Source: Candidatus Latescibacterota bacterium | GTDB lineage: Bacteria > Latescibacterota > UBA2968 | Length of the DNA: 64,000 nt | Direction of reading: 5' to 3' | Assembly: GCA_965198115.1 (NCBI GenBank) | Contig: OZ240241.1 | Location: 8,320,001 to 8,384,000, forward strand | Shown here: piece by piece, positions 28,947 to 39,170 of the stretch | Position numbering within the stretch: the stretch's first letter is position 1 | Layout of the letters: the number at the start of each line of letters is the position of its first letter | Notes under the pieces: model-generated | Told to the model about the DNA's origin: nothing | The model's input: the letters and a program-made list of their open reading frames with translations, nothing else | Databases searched by the model: none | Program-made: the position numbers and the translations under genes

Positions 28947-29738
28947 GTGACCGACAAACAGAAATATCTCTTCGATGTTGCCGGCTACCTCGTTCTGGAG
29001 GATGTGCTCACACGCGATCACTGCGGAAGGTTGATCGATGCGCTCCACGAGGTCATCGATACGCCCCGCGACCAGCTGCCGAAAGGGGTCTCACATTCTG
29101 ACCACTCCGGCGAGGCCAGCGTAGGCGACCTGACCAGCATAGGCCCGACCTTTGCAGACTTGATCGACCTGCCCCCCGTCATCGACATCCTCACCGAAAT
29201 CATCAGCCCCCAACTGCGGCTGGAAATCACTTATGGCCGAATTCGTAGCAAGGGGTATGGCGGCCTGAACCTGCACGGCGGTGCCAGAGACGACATAGAC
29301 CCGAATTTCATGTATCGGCACTCTAACGGGAAGATCTTCGCCGGCCACACTGTCGTCTCCTTCAACCTGACCGACGTCAGTGAGGAGGAAGGCGGATTCG
29401 TCTGCGTTCCGGGCAGCCACAACTCGCACTTTCCCACTCCCCGGGATCTCACAGACTTTAGCGACGGCACGTTCGACAACTCGGTGCTGCGTTCCGTTCC
29501 TTGCAAGGCCGGTTCGGTCGTTATCTTTGCCGAGGCCCTGGCGCACGGCGCCCTTCCCTGGAACCAGGACCACGATCGTGCGACCCTGTTCTACAAATAC
29601 AACCACGCAGGTATGAAGTGGCGACCCTACTGGCCGTCGAAGGAAGCACTCGAACAGATGACCCCCGCCCAGCGCCTCTTCTACACCGAAGTGGCAGCCG
29701 ATAGCCGAAAAGAACCCATCCTCCATCCGGGCAGATAG
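28947..29738 (+). CDS. PhyH-family Fe(II)/2OG enzyme #2 with non-canonical H-G-G metal motif
   Basis: YLFDVAGYLVLEDVL, LNLHGGA, FNLTDV, CVPGSH, ALAHGALPW, RATLFYKY. Confidence 0.88.
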   Translation: MTDKQKYLFDVAGYLVLEDVLTRDHCGRLIDALHEVIDTPRDQLPKGVSHSDHSGEASVGDLTSIGPTFADLIDLPPVIDILTEIISPQLRLEITYGRIRSKGYGGLNLHGGARDDIDPNFMYRHSNGKIFAGHTVVSFNLTDVSEEEGGFVCVPGSHNSHFPTPRDLTDFSDGTFDNSVLRSVPCKAGSVVIFAEALAHGALPWNQDHDRATLFYKYNHAGMKWRPYWPSKEALEQMTPAQRLFYTEVAADSRKEPILHPGR

Positions 29739-29771
29739 CCCAACACGCCAGCTTTTTCAAAAGGTAAAACT

Positions 29772-30992
29772 GTGAAACCGAAATCCGCGAACACGGTGAT
29801 CATCGGTGGAGGTGTGCTGGGGGCAAGCACGGCATTTCACCTGAGCGACTCCGGCCAGACAGATGTCGTCCTGCTCGACCGCGGTCCGGTCGCCAGTGGC
29901 ACCACGCCCCAGGCGGCAGGACAGACGGGCTACCTGAATGTCGATCGGTTTGCCTTCGAGTTCGGAAGGTATTGCATCGAGTTCTTCGAGAACTTCGAGG
30001 AACGAACCGGACGAGCGATCGACTTTCGGCAGACCGGAAGCCTTCGCGTAGCTTTGACCGAGAAGTTTCAGGACGATCTTGAAGCAAGGCTGGCTGCGAC
30101 GAAAGATCTGGGTCACGAAGTCGAGTTCATCTCGTCGGATAAGGCGGAGGAGTTGGTACCGACTTTCACGCCTCCAGATTGCAAGATCTTACTGATTCCA
30201 CGGGATGGATACGTCGAGCCGAAGTCCGTCGCGGTGGCTTTTGCAGCGGCAGCCGCGGATCGCGGCGTTACGTTTCGCACACGAATGGAGGCGACTGGGC
30301 TTGTCGTCGAGAACGGCCGAGTAACCGGGGTGGAGACGGACGACGGCACGATCGAGGCGGAGTGGGTCGTGCTGGCTGCCGGCGCGTGGGTGCGGCAGTT
30401 CGGACAGCAGCTCGGCCTCAACCTGCACACGGTTCCCGTGCGACATCAGGCATTTGACACAGGGCCAATCGCAGGCGTCTCGCCGACGCAACCGATCGTT
30501 CGTATCATCGAGCCTCAAATCTACGTTAGACACGAAGCTGGGGGACTGCTCGTCGGCGGGTATGGTTATCGCCCACTCAGCTTCGACATGAATGACTTCG
30601 ACCAAAAGTTCGAAGTCTCCGCATTGGAAGCCGATCAGGTTTACTATCAGCAGCTGCGCGATGCGGCGACGGGGTTCTTCCCCGCCCTCGCCGACGCGAC
30701 GATCGTTCGTGAGCGTCGCGGTCTACCTACGATCTCTCCTGACGGCAGGCTCGTACTTTCAGAACCGTCAGGCCTACGGGGCCTCGTCGTACTCTCGGGT
30801 TGTTGCGTGGGTGGCGTGAGTCGTTCGCCCGGAGCCGGCCGGATTGTCTCCGATATCATCTGTGAACGCGACCCGTGGATCGACGCCAGCGTCCTCAGCG
30901 TCGATCGTTTCGGCGACGACTACCCAACCGACACCTCCCTGCGGGCCCAATGCGAGGAGCTCTACGCACACCACTATCACGCGTTCTATTGA
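29772..30992 (+). CDS. FAD-dependent amine/amino-acid oxidoreductase (DAO/sarcosine oxidase beta/DMG dehydrogenase N-terminal-like)
   Basis: IIGGGVLG, SGTTPQAAG, FRQTGSL, DGYVEP, LAAGAW, SPDG. Confidence 0.9.
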   Translation: MKPKSANTVIIGGGVLGASTAFHLSDSGQTDVVLLDRGPVASGTTPQAAGQTGYLNVDRFAFEFGRYCIEFFENFEERTGRAIDFRQTGSLRVALTEKFQDDLEARLAATKDLGHEVEFISSDKAEELVPTFTPPDCKILLIPRDGYVEPKSVAVAFAAAAADRGVTFRTRMEATGLVVENGRVTGVETDDGTIEAEWVVLAAGAWVRQFGQQLGLNLHTVPVRHQAFDTGPIAGVSPTQPIVRIIEPQIYVRHEAGGLLVGGYGYRPLSFDMNDFDQKFEVSALEADQVYYQQLRDAATGFFPALADATIVRERRGLPTISPDGRLVLSEPSGLRGLVVLSGCCVGGVSRSPGAGRIVSDIICERDPWIDASVLSVDRFGDDYPTDTSLRAQCEELYAHHYHAFY

Positions 30993-31039
30993 TTCGGGGC
31001 GGGCGTTGGGGCCCTCGTTGCAGTCAGATTGAATAAGCA

Positions 31040-31126
31040 GAAGGGAGAAGAGAGAACGAGACGGGGCCGAATTCCTCTCTCACTCTCTCTTCCCCCGCCT
31101 GCCCGCCGGAGCCTTGGCGAAGGTGG
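31040..31126. repeat. Purine/pyrimidine inverted arms plus a REP-like palindrome
   Basis: GAAGGGAGAAGAGAGAACGAGACGGGG ... TTCCTCTCTCACTCTCTCTTCCCC, then CCGCCGGAGCCTTGGCGAAGGTGG. Confidence 0.5.
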
Positions 31127-31186
31127 CTCCCCCTGGTCAGTCATCTCCGTCCCGAAGGTGATTCCAAACATCTTTTACTCCTTTAC

Positions 31187-33412
31187 ATGACAATCGCTTC
31201 CGATCAGAGCCGCACACTCGGTCTTGTAGGCGCAACAAGCCTCGGCGTCGGAGCAATCGTCGGTGGCGGTATCCTCGCCCTTGCGGGCGTTGCCTTTCAA
31301 GCGACCGGACCGAGCGCGATCCTCGCCTTCGCCTTGAACGGCCTGATTGCCCTTCTGACCGTCTCGAGTTTCTCGGAAATGTCCACTGCGTTTCCCGAGT
31401 CGGGAGGTCCCTACACGTTCGCCAAAAAGGTCCTGACCATACGTGCTGCTTTTGCGGTGGGGTGGGTCGTCTGGTTTGCCTCGATTGTCGCCAGCGTCCT
31501 TTATGCATTGGGCTTTGCAGCCTTCGGGATGGTCGTGCTGGAACAGTTATGGCAGGTTGTCTCCGTCACCCCATCGCCCCTTGTAAACGAGAGACTCACT
31601 ATCACGGTTCTCGCGCTTGGATCGATTGCGATCTACTCAGCCAGTCTCATTCGGCGTGGTCCGGGAGGCACTCAGTGGGCGACAATTGGCAAAGTGGTGT
31701 TGTTCGTTTTCTTGATCGTGGGTGGCGTGTGGGCGCTGAGCCAACGTCCGTCTACAGTAGTGTCGTCGAACCTGACGCCTTTTTTCGCAAACGGCACGAT
31801 CGGCCTGTTTCAAGCCATGGGCTTCTCCTTCATCGCTCTGCAGGGCTACGATCTGGTCGCGGCTGTCGCGGGTGAGGTCCGTGAACCTGTTCAGCGTCCT
31901 TCCCCGGGCGATGCTCCTTTCACTCGCGATCGCACTGGCCATCTACCTGCCGCTTCTCTTCATCGTCTCCACGGTAGGGGTGCCGGCTGGCGAGTCCATC
32001 GTTCGGATGAGCTCACAGTATCCGGAGACCGTCATCGCCGTTGCGGCGGAAAACTTCCTCGGGCGTACGGGATTCTGGCTCGTTGTCATCGCTGCTGCTC
32101 TTTCCATGCTTTCCGCACTCTACGCGAATCTCTTTGCCGCTTCGCGCATATCGCTGGCAATGGCTCAAGATCGCACCTTGCCCCATTTCCTTGCCCGAGT
32201 CAGTCCTCGCAGCGGCACCCCGACCCCCGCGATCCTGCTCACGACCTTCTTCGTCATTCTCGTTGTTTTGGCCATTCCCGATGTCTCCTCCGCCGGTGCT
32301 GCCGCCAGTCTCATATTTCTAATCTCATTCGCATGGTTCACGTGACGAGCATCCTTGCCCGGACACGTCGCCCCCCGGACACGGGGGCATTCACTGCACC
32401 CCTGTTTCCGATCCTACCCATCGTTGGGGCAGTCACGTGTGCTTCACTTGCGATCTTTCAGGGCATCGCGGTACCAGAGGCAGGCTTGATTGCGTGCGTG
32501 TGGCTCACCCTAGGGGGCGCCCTCTACTTGATTCTTTTCGCTAGGCGAGCGCGTGTCGTAGATGCCGCAGCTGAGGCCATCGATCCCCAACTCGTCCGTA
32601 CGCGAGGCAAAAATCCTCTCATTCTGGTTCCCATTGCCAACCCTGCCAATTCCGCTGCAATGGTCGCTGTCGCCAACGCACTCGCTCCGCCAGGAACGGG
32701 ACGCGTGCTCCTCCTCTCCGTCGTAACGCCCCCTGAAGCCTGGCACCCGGGCGACAATCCTCCCCAGCTACTCGATGCCCAGGCAGTGATCCGTGAAAGC
32801 CTCACGTTCTCATTCTCCGCGGGTCTATCTCCAGAGGCACTGATCACCGTTGCACCGGTTCCCTGGTCTGAGATCGGGAGAGTAGCGAGCGAACACAAAT
32901 GCGAGGGACTTTTATTGGGCTTCAGCGATTTATCGGATGAGTTCATGGGGGCGGACCTGGAGAGATTGATCAACTCCGTGGATTGCGACGTGGCGATCCT
33001 CCGCGCCCGATCCGGGTGGGATCTCGACAAGGTGCGACGCGTGCTCGTGCCCGTGGGAGGAAGGGGCACGCACGATGAACATCGCGCTCGATTGCTGGGT
33101 AGTCTGAGACGGCGGGGCGACCGCAAGATCGTCTTCCTGAAAGTGCTTTCGGAAGGAGCGTCCCAGGTCGAGATCGATAGGGCCGAACGTGATCTTGCGC
33201 AGATCGCGCGGGACAAGGCGCCCGGCAGCACACACGTGGTGGGACTCAACAACTCAGTTGTCGACGAAATCACTCACCGGGCATCAGACAGCGACCTGGC
33301 AATCCTCGGACTTCAGCACGTCAGCCGGCGGCGCAGAGCCTTCGGCGAACTATCGTTGCAGGTCGCACGCGACACGTCTTGTGCGACGATCATGCTTAGT
33401 CAGAATGGATAG
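31187..33412 (+). CDS. APC-family amino acid permease with C-terminal universal stress protein domains (compensating frameshifts near 31890 and 32330)
   Basis: GAIVGGGI, PESGGPY, GYDLVAAVAGEV; the true middle is in ORF 31872-32345 (AASRISLAMAQDRTLP...GTP); USP motifs ILVPIANP and VLVPVGG. Confidence 0.88.
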   Translation: MTIASDQSRTLGLVGATSLGVGAIVGGGILALAGVAFQATGPSAILAFALNGLIALLTVSSFSEMSTAFPESGGPYTFAKKVLTIRAAFAVGWVVWFASIVASVLYALGFAAFGMVVLEQLWQVVSVTPSPLVNERLTITVLALGSIAIYSASLIRRGPGGTQWATIGKVVLFVFLIVGGVWALSQRPSTVVSSNLTPFFANGTIGLFQAMGFSFIALQGYDLVAAVAGEVREPVQRPSPGDAPFTRDRTGHLPAASLHRLHGRGAGWRVHRSDELTVSGDRHRRCGGKLPRAYGILARCHRCCSFHAFRTLRESLCRFAHIAGNGSRSHLAPFPCPSQSSQRHPDPRDPAHDLLRHSRCFGHSRCLLRRCCRQSHISNLIRMVHVTSILARTRRPPDTGAFTAPLFPILPIVGAVTCASLAIFQGIAVPEAGLIACVWLTLGGALYLILFARRARVVDAAAEAIDPQLVRTRGKNPLILVPIANPANSAAMVAVANALAPPGTGRVLLLSVVTPPEAWHPGDNPPQLLDAQAVIRESLTFSFSAGLSPEALITVAPVPWSEIGRVASEHKCEGLLLGFSDLSDEFMGADLERLINSVDCDVAILRARSGWDLDKVRRVLVPVGGRGTHDEHRARLLGSLRRRGDRKIVFLKVLSEGASQVEIDRAERDLAQIARDKAPGSTHVVGLNNSVVDEITHRASDSDLAILGLQHVSRRRRAFGELSLQVARDTSCATIMLSQNG

Positions 33413-33670
33413 ATGAGGCGACCGAAACCCGGGTCAGCGGATCTTCGACAGCGTCGGAAGTCATCGCAGCGAAATCGCCAGAGAGTTGATGAAGAAGGAC
33501 GTGGGCCATCTGCGCTCAGAACGTAGCCGACCGGACGCTGTTCATCGAAATCGAGCCGCTCGACGGGGAAACCACGCTGTAGGGCTGCTGATGGTGGGCA
33601 ATACGATTATCGTTTTCCCTATTCCGAGAGCCGCGGCTGGAACGGCCGCAAACAACCGAGGTGTCTCAAC

Positions 33671-34909
33671 GTGAACACAGATGCTCTCCGTTCGAAGGTC
33701 GCCCGACTGGAGCAAGAGCTCGAAGCAGCTCGCAAAGATCTCCTGGAAGCGACGGATCCCGAAGCCGTGACTGCCGAGCTTGAACGCACCCGGGCCTACG
33801 CCTTTGATGCGGCGTCCGAGGATATGGCAGAGAGGTGTTCGGATTCGATCAGCCGATACGGATTCTGCCTGATCGACAACGTGATTCCTGAGGATGAAGT
33901 CGGGGCCATCCGGGAAGAGGTCATCACGGCCCGCTCGAAGGTCGATCGGAACGCGCAGGCCATCAAAGACCTGTACGACGATACAGGCCTGGAAGGAGCA
34001 GCGTTACTCGAAGAGGCGAACGTGAGGGATGTCGACCTGCGACAGGTCAGGCGAACCGGGCATCCGCCAAAACCACCGTGTGAAATCGTATGGATGCCGA
34101 AGTACGCTCGTTACCTGGCCCATCCGGTTGTCACGGCCGTCGCACGACGCGTGCTCGACGATCACCTGAGAATCGCCCAGCTCCATATCCGCATCCTCGA
34201 AGATCGTCCAGAAGAAGGCGAACCCATCCAATCCGGTTCGGAGACGTTTCACCTCCGCAAGTGGCACACCGACTGGCCACACGACCTGTCCGCCTATGGG
34301 CGGGACAATCCCAGCCTGAACGTCGGATGCATTCGACAGCCGTTCCCCGATGTGACGATGTGTCTCGTCATGATCTGGAATCTTACGGACGTGGATGAGA
34401 CGTCCGCGGGGACGTGGGTCGTGCCGGGATCGCATAGAGACACGCGCAATCCACGTGGACCGAACGACGGAATGGTGGTCACGGCTCCGATTCCGGGAGA
34501 CATGCAAGTCGAAGCCCGTGCGGGATCCGTCTACATTCAAGATTCCCGTTGCTGGCACGCGGCGGCCGCCCACAACACCAGCGGCCGGAAACGTGTCGTC
34601 GTGGTCAACCGGTGGTGTCCGTGGTGGGTATCCGTCGACGACTTTGCGCCCGGTGACAAGTACAACGTCAACCAGGTCTGTCGACCCCTATCCCACGCCG
34701 AATATCTCGATTTACCTTCCGATCTGCAGCCTCTGCTCCGTCACGTCTGCCCGGACGAACACGATACGCTTCAGCAACCCGTCTTGGATCGCGCCTGGGG
34801 CGCCGGCGCTCGTGACCAATACGGATATCGCCAGCTTGAAGAGGATGCCGATAACGTGGTTGAGGCCAACGCCCACATTCGCGTATCCTTGGATCGACCG
34901 AATGATTGA
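33671..34909 (+). CDS. PhyH-family dioxygenase #3 with N-terminal coiled-coil extension
   Basis: YGFCLIDNVI, WHTDW, WNLTDV, VVPGSH, CWHAA. Confidence 0.88.
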   Translation: MNTDALRSKVARLEQELEAARKDLLEATDPEAVTAELERTRAYAFDAASEDMAERCSDSISRYGFCLIDNVIPEDEVGAIREEVITARSKVDRNAQAIKDLYDDTGLEGAALLEEANVRDVDLRQVRRTGHPPKPPCEIVWMPKYARYLAHPVVTAVARRVLDDHLRIAQLHIRILEDRPEEGEPIQSGSETFHLRKWHTDWPHDLSAYGRDNPSLNVGCIRQPFPDVTMCLVMIWNLTDVDETSAGTWVVPGSHRDTRNPRGPNDGMVVTAPIPGDMQVEARAGSVYIQDSRCWHAAAAHNTSGRKRVVVVNRWCPWWVSVDDFAPGDKYNVNQVCRPLSHAEYLDLPSDLQPLLRHVCPDEHDTLQQPVLDRAWGAGARDQYGYRQLEEDADNVVEANAHIRVSLDRPND

Positions 34910-34941
34910 AACGCAATTGCAAACCGGCAATGGAGTGAAGC

Positions 34942-35320
34942 GTGCCCGAGCTGCTTGAAGTCGAATCTTTCCGCAGGATCGCTGATCGTGTACTTGTCGG
35001 GGGACGGATCGAGAAGGTCTGGGCGGCGCAGGACCGAATTGTCATCTCCGGGGTGGCGCCCCGCACACTCGCGAGGAAGCTCAAGGGACGCCACGTCCTC
35101 GACACCGATCGCCGGGGGAAGTATGCTTGGCTGGTCCTCGATCGTCCTCCCCACCCGGTCTTTCACTTCGGGATGACCGGTCGATTCGAGGAACTTCAAC
35201 GAAGCGCACCTCGCAACCGATATGTGAAGCTCGACCTGACGACGACGACCGGCGGCCGCCTGGTCTACGACAATCGTCGACGGCTCGGCCGAATACGGCT
35301 CGTCGACAACCCCGCTGCCG
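34942..35320 (+). pseudogene. mutM: Fpg/Nei DNA glycosylase, N-terminal domain only
   Basis: MPELLEVE, RRGKY, FHFGMTG, YDNRRRLGRI; no H2TH or zinc finger follows. Confidence 0.8.
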
Positions 35321-36367
35321 GAGGAGCTCGAAGAGGAGGCAGCCACCATCTCGTTCCTGACGATTCCCGTGATTCACGTCGAGGAGCTGAGAGACCGAGG
35401 CTTCTCCATAGGCAGATGGCCTTGCAGATGCGTACGGGGACGAGGAGTACGAGGGGGAATGGACGCCCTTTATGAAGCTTCTCATCGCGGGAGATCAGAC
35501 GTATCAGAACTTTCAGGATGACCAGGACACGCTGTCGGATCTCGACCTGTATGATCTGACCGAGGCCTCTGATGAGGAACTGCAAGCTGTCGTGAGGATG
35601 GTACGAGGCGTGAAAGCCCTGCTCCGCGACCTGGCCGGTCGAGGTCACCTGGCCATCAAGGAACGATTGGAGCCCGTGCTCGAGCGTCCGATGGGTCACC
35701 AGACCCTTGCCGCATTGACGAGCCGACTTCCACCAGACCTGATCCAGACCGCCCAAGCGAAGTGGATGCTCGGTCTGATGGACGAAGACGCCTCGGGCCT
35801 CGATATACGGGTCGGCGATGTCCCATCCCCTGCCGAGACGGCTGACGAAACGGCGGGAGCCAGGACTTCTGCTGGGGGTTGGTATCGCGAGGAGATCGAG
35901 GACCTGTCATTCCGCTACCAGCCGGCCGGACACGAGGATGCGTTCCTCCGTAGTTGGCTCGACCTCGCCGGAGAGCTCGGTGGAGTCGATGCCGCTGACG
36001 TTTTCGAGGTCCTGTCGGGTCGCAGACTGGGTGGCACGTGTACCAAATGTCACAGTGTCGATCGCGACCTTGACGGCGAGTCCAGCGAAGGCCCAGGTTC
36101 ATCCGGGGAGGAGTTCCTTCGGGTCAACTGGCGAGGGACCCACAGGCTGCCGAATGAGCGCGCGTTCACCGACTTCATTCACAGGCCACATCTCGTGAAA
36201 GCGTGTCAACACTGTCACGTTCCGAGCGACGACTACGAGAAGAACGGATTCAGGAAGAGTTTCGAAAAGACGGATCCAACGGTCTTCGTCCCAAACTACG
36301 CCCCCATGACCGTATCGACGTGCGCGGAGTGCCACACCGAGGGGAAGACGCAAGCCAGCTGCCTCAC

Positions 36368-37741
36368 GAGCTCAGGTCAATAGGTGTGTAAAAGAAATCA
36401 GGCGGCCATCTTCCCGGCTTCGACCTGCGGTCCGGTTGAGTGTTTCTGATCGTAGACTTGTTGTAGCAAGTGTGGCGCGGTGAGTTTCCTGAATCGGCTC
36501 TCTGCGACCTTGAGCGTACGCCAGATGAGAGCCGTGGCGTTCCTGACTTTCTTGAATCGCCTGGCGGCGTTTGTGCGAAGCCGAACGGAAGCAAAGGGGC
36601 TCTCGACGACGTTCGTGGTTCTCAGGTGTTTCCAGTGTTCCTTCGGGAAGTCGTAGAACGTGACCATCCGATCCCAGTCTCTTTCGAGCGTCTCCACGGC
36701 GGCAGGGAACTGTGAGCGATACCGTGCGGCAAAGCGTTTCCGGAGCTTCTCGGCCTCCTTTTTCGTGCCGGCATAGGGGATCTGGACGAGCAGTGCGCGG
36801 GCTTCAGCCTGTGCACGCTTGGCGACCTTGTCGAGCACGTTGAGGATCTTGTGGTTCCAGCACCGTTGTTGCCGGCTCTCTGGCCAGACCTGATCAACGG
36901 CCGCCCAGATGCCCATATTCCCGTCCGCGGCGATCAGGACAGGATGTTCGAGCCCGCGATCCCGGAGATCCCGTAGCACCGTGAGCCAGGATTCTGTAGA
37001 CTCTCGATAACCGGGTTCTATCGCCAGGATCTCCTTGCTGCCGTCGCTCATCGCGCCGATCACGACCAGCAGACACGCCTTCTCGCGCTCGAGCCCGGCT
37101 TTGACGTAGATGCCATCAGCCCAGGTGTAGACCAGTTCGCGATTATCCAGACGCCTTTCTTTCCAGTCCTGGAAGTCGACCTCCCACTTCCCTCGAAGAC
37201 GAGCGATCGAGGTCGGCGAAAGCGGCGCGCCATCACCGAGCAGCGCACGCAAAGACAACTCGAAGTCGCCCTGGGAGAGACCGTGGAGATAAAGGTCGGG
37301 AAGCAGATCTCCAATGGCCCTGGTTCTCCGGGCGAACAGGGGGAGGATGCGGCTTTCAAACCGCTCTTCCAGACCACGAACCCGGGGACGCCGGACCTTG
37401 ATCGTTCCGCAGCTCGTCGAGAGACGCCGGGGCTTGCCGTAGCCGTTCCTGTAGCCCCTGGAGCTATCGACCTCGGCTCGGCGCTCATACCACGACCGGC
37501 CCAAGAACGCGGTCGCCTCCTCCTCCAGAATGGACTGGAACCGGCCCTGGATCTCTTCACGGATCCAATCGTCAACCGTCTCCCACGTCGGCATGGACTT
37601 CAATGGGGCTCTATGCGTATGTTCCTTCACGGCGATCCTCCTTCCCAACCGGGCCTCTCACCCGGTTTTGTGTGAATCAACTATCTCACGGGAAGGGTAG
37701 GGTCGCCCTTTCTCTTTTTCCACACCTTTTGATTATAGCTC
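36368..37741 (-). mobile_element. IS256-family element, copy B (1374 bp, near-identical to copy A)
   Basis: Same ends as copy A; 8-bp TSD TGCCTCAC (36360-36367, 37742-37749). Confidence 0.96.
36398..37648 (-). CDS. IS256-family transposase
   Basis: 416 aa, four amino-acid differences from 16239-17489 by eye. Confidence 0.96.
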   Translation of the reverse strand: MGRRIAVKEHTHRAPLKSMPTWETVDDWIREEIQGRFQSILEEEATAFLGRSWYERRAEVDSSRGYRNGYGKPRRLSTSCGTIKVRRPRVRGLEERFESRILPLFARRTRAIGDLLPDLYLHGLSQGDFELSLRALLGDGAPLSPTSIARLRGKWEVDFQDWKERRLDNRELVYTWADGIYVKAGLEREKACLLVVIGAMSDGSKEILAIEPGYRESTESWLTVLRDLRDRGLEHPVLIAADGNMGIWAAVDQVWPESRQQRCWNHKILNVLDKVAKRAQAEARALLVQIPYAGTKKEAEKLRKRFAARYRSQFPAAVETLERDWDRMVTFYDFPKEHWKHLRTTNVVESPFASVRLRTNAARRFKKVRNATALIWRTLKVAESRFRKLTAPHLLQQVYDQKHSTGPQVEAGKMAA

Positions 37742-37820
37742 TGCCTCACCTGCCACAACTACCACGTCGTTTCTGACTCTTCATAATTCACCCACAATTC
37801 CAAGACATTCCGGAGCAGCC

Positions 37821-39052
37821 GTGAACGTCGATAGAGACCGATTCCTGGAAGAGGGTTACCTGATCGTGCGCAACGTCGTTCCGGTCAAAGACCTGGACGC
37901 CCTTCGCGAAGCCTATGAAATCCTGGTCGAGTACCAGAAAGCCATCTGGGTTCGAGAGCGGGGACCCGACGAGCCTCCCGGAGGCCGGTGGGAAAGCCAC
38001 AGGCAACCTCGCCTGCAGATGCACCAGCCCCCACTGGTCCATAAAATCGACAAATGGTCCGCTCCTGCCGTGGAAATCTGGCTGCACGAGAAAATGCACG
38101 GCCTCAGCAGCCAACTCCTTGGTGATGAAGACGCGGCTCTCACCGAAATGATGCTGATGTGCAGCCCGCAAAAGGACAACGGCCCTGCCAAATGGCACAG
38201 GGACATGTATCCCCCTTATGCGGCCCCCTTGAAAGGCTACACCGACGACATCCTGGAATCCGGTCCCCGTTACGTGCAGTGGAACCTCTCGCTTTACGAC
38301 GACGATGTGCTCTGGGTCATCCCCGGCAGCCACGTTCGGCCGGCCACCGAAGAAGAAGACGCCCAGCTACTAAAAGACCCTCGTGTTCCCCTTCCTGGCG
38401 GTGTCCAGACTCATCTGAAGGCCGGGGACGGTGTGGTCTACATCTTGCCCATACTGCACTGGGGCAGCAACTACAGCACGCGACTCAGGTGGTGCGTCCA
38501 CGCGGCTTTTCTCGCTATACCATTTACGAAGAGCCATGCTACATCCAGCACCTGTCACCTGACGCCCAGGCCACCTTCGCCCGCTGGATACACCAAAGTG
38601 AGCAGATGCAGGATCACACCGAGATGGCTCTTCGCGCCGTCCTTGAAAAAGACGGCGTCAGCTACCACACCGCCCTCGAAAACCTGCAGCCTGGCTGTGG
38701 CGAAAAGGGCAAGCTGCTCTCAACCGTCTTCCTCAGCAAGACTACGCAGCGCATCTTCAACCTGAAACGGTCGGATTTCGACAGTCTCCCCCCAAGAGTC
38801 CAGGATCTATCCACCCATCCTCATCCACCAACCTTCGACTGGGGCCGGGCGTTTGCCGGCCGGTTCACCTCGGACGAGGCCACGACATTGCTGGACCGGT
38901 TTCGGCCTGTGGACGACGCCCTGCAGTCCGACGAGGAACAGTTCTTCCCCGGCTTTCAGAGCCCCAACCCATCACGCTACTTCTTCAATGAAATGCCCGC
39001 CGATGTGACCATCGAGGGCTTAATCACCGGCTGGAACATGAATCGGAGTTGA
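37821..39052 (+). CDS. PhyH-family dioxygenase #4 with C-terminal extension (frameshift near 38500)
   Basis: FLEEGYLIVRNVV, WHRDM, VIPGSH, ILHWGSNY; continues in ORF 38159-39052. Confidence 0.85.
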
Positions 39053-39170
39053 TCCTCCCCGACGACACACCGGACAGATCGCCTGCCTCGAACGCAAAAT
39101 TCATGTGCTGGCGCGGCTGGCCTTTACGTCTTGAAAAGAAGAAGCCACCTAACCAGAGAAGGAGGAGATT

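Larger units (their letters stand above)
35320..37786 (+). pseudogene. C-terminal part of a multiheme c-type cytochrome, 5'-truncated and interrupted by IS256
   Basis: CTKCH, CQHCH, CAECH, and a fourth motif CLTCH restored by removing the IS (SCLTCHNYHVVSDSS*, stop 37786); no start or signal peptide. Confidence 0.85.

Noticed and set aside
16209-37741. Composite transposon bounded by the two IS256 copies
   Set aside because: Each copy has its own matching TSD and restores its own target gene, so they are independent insertions
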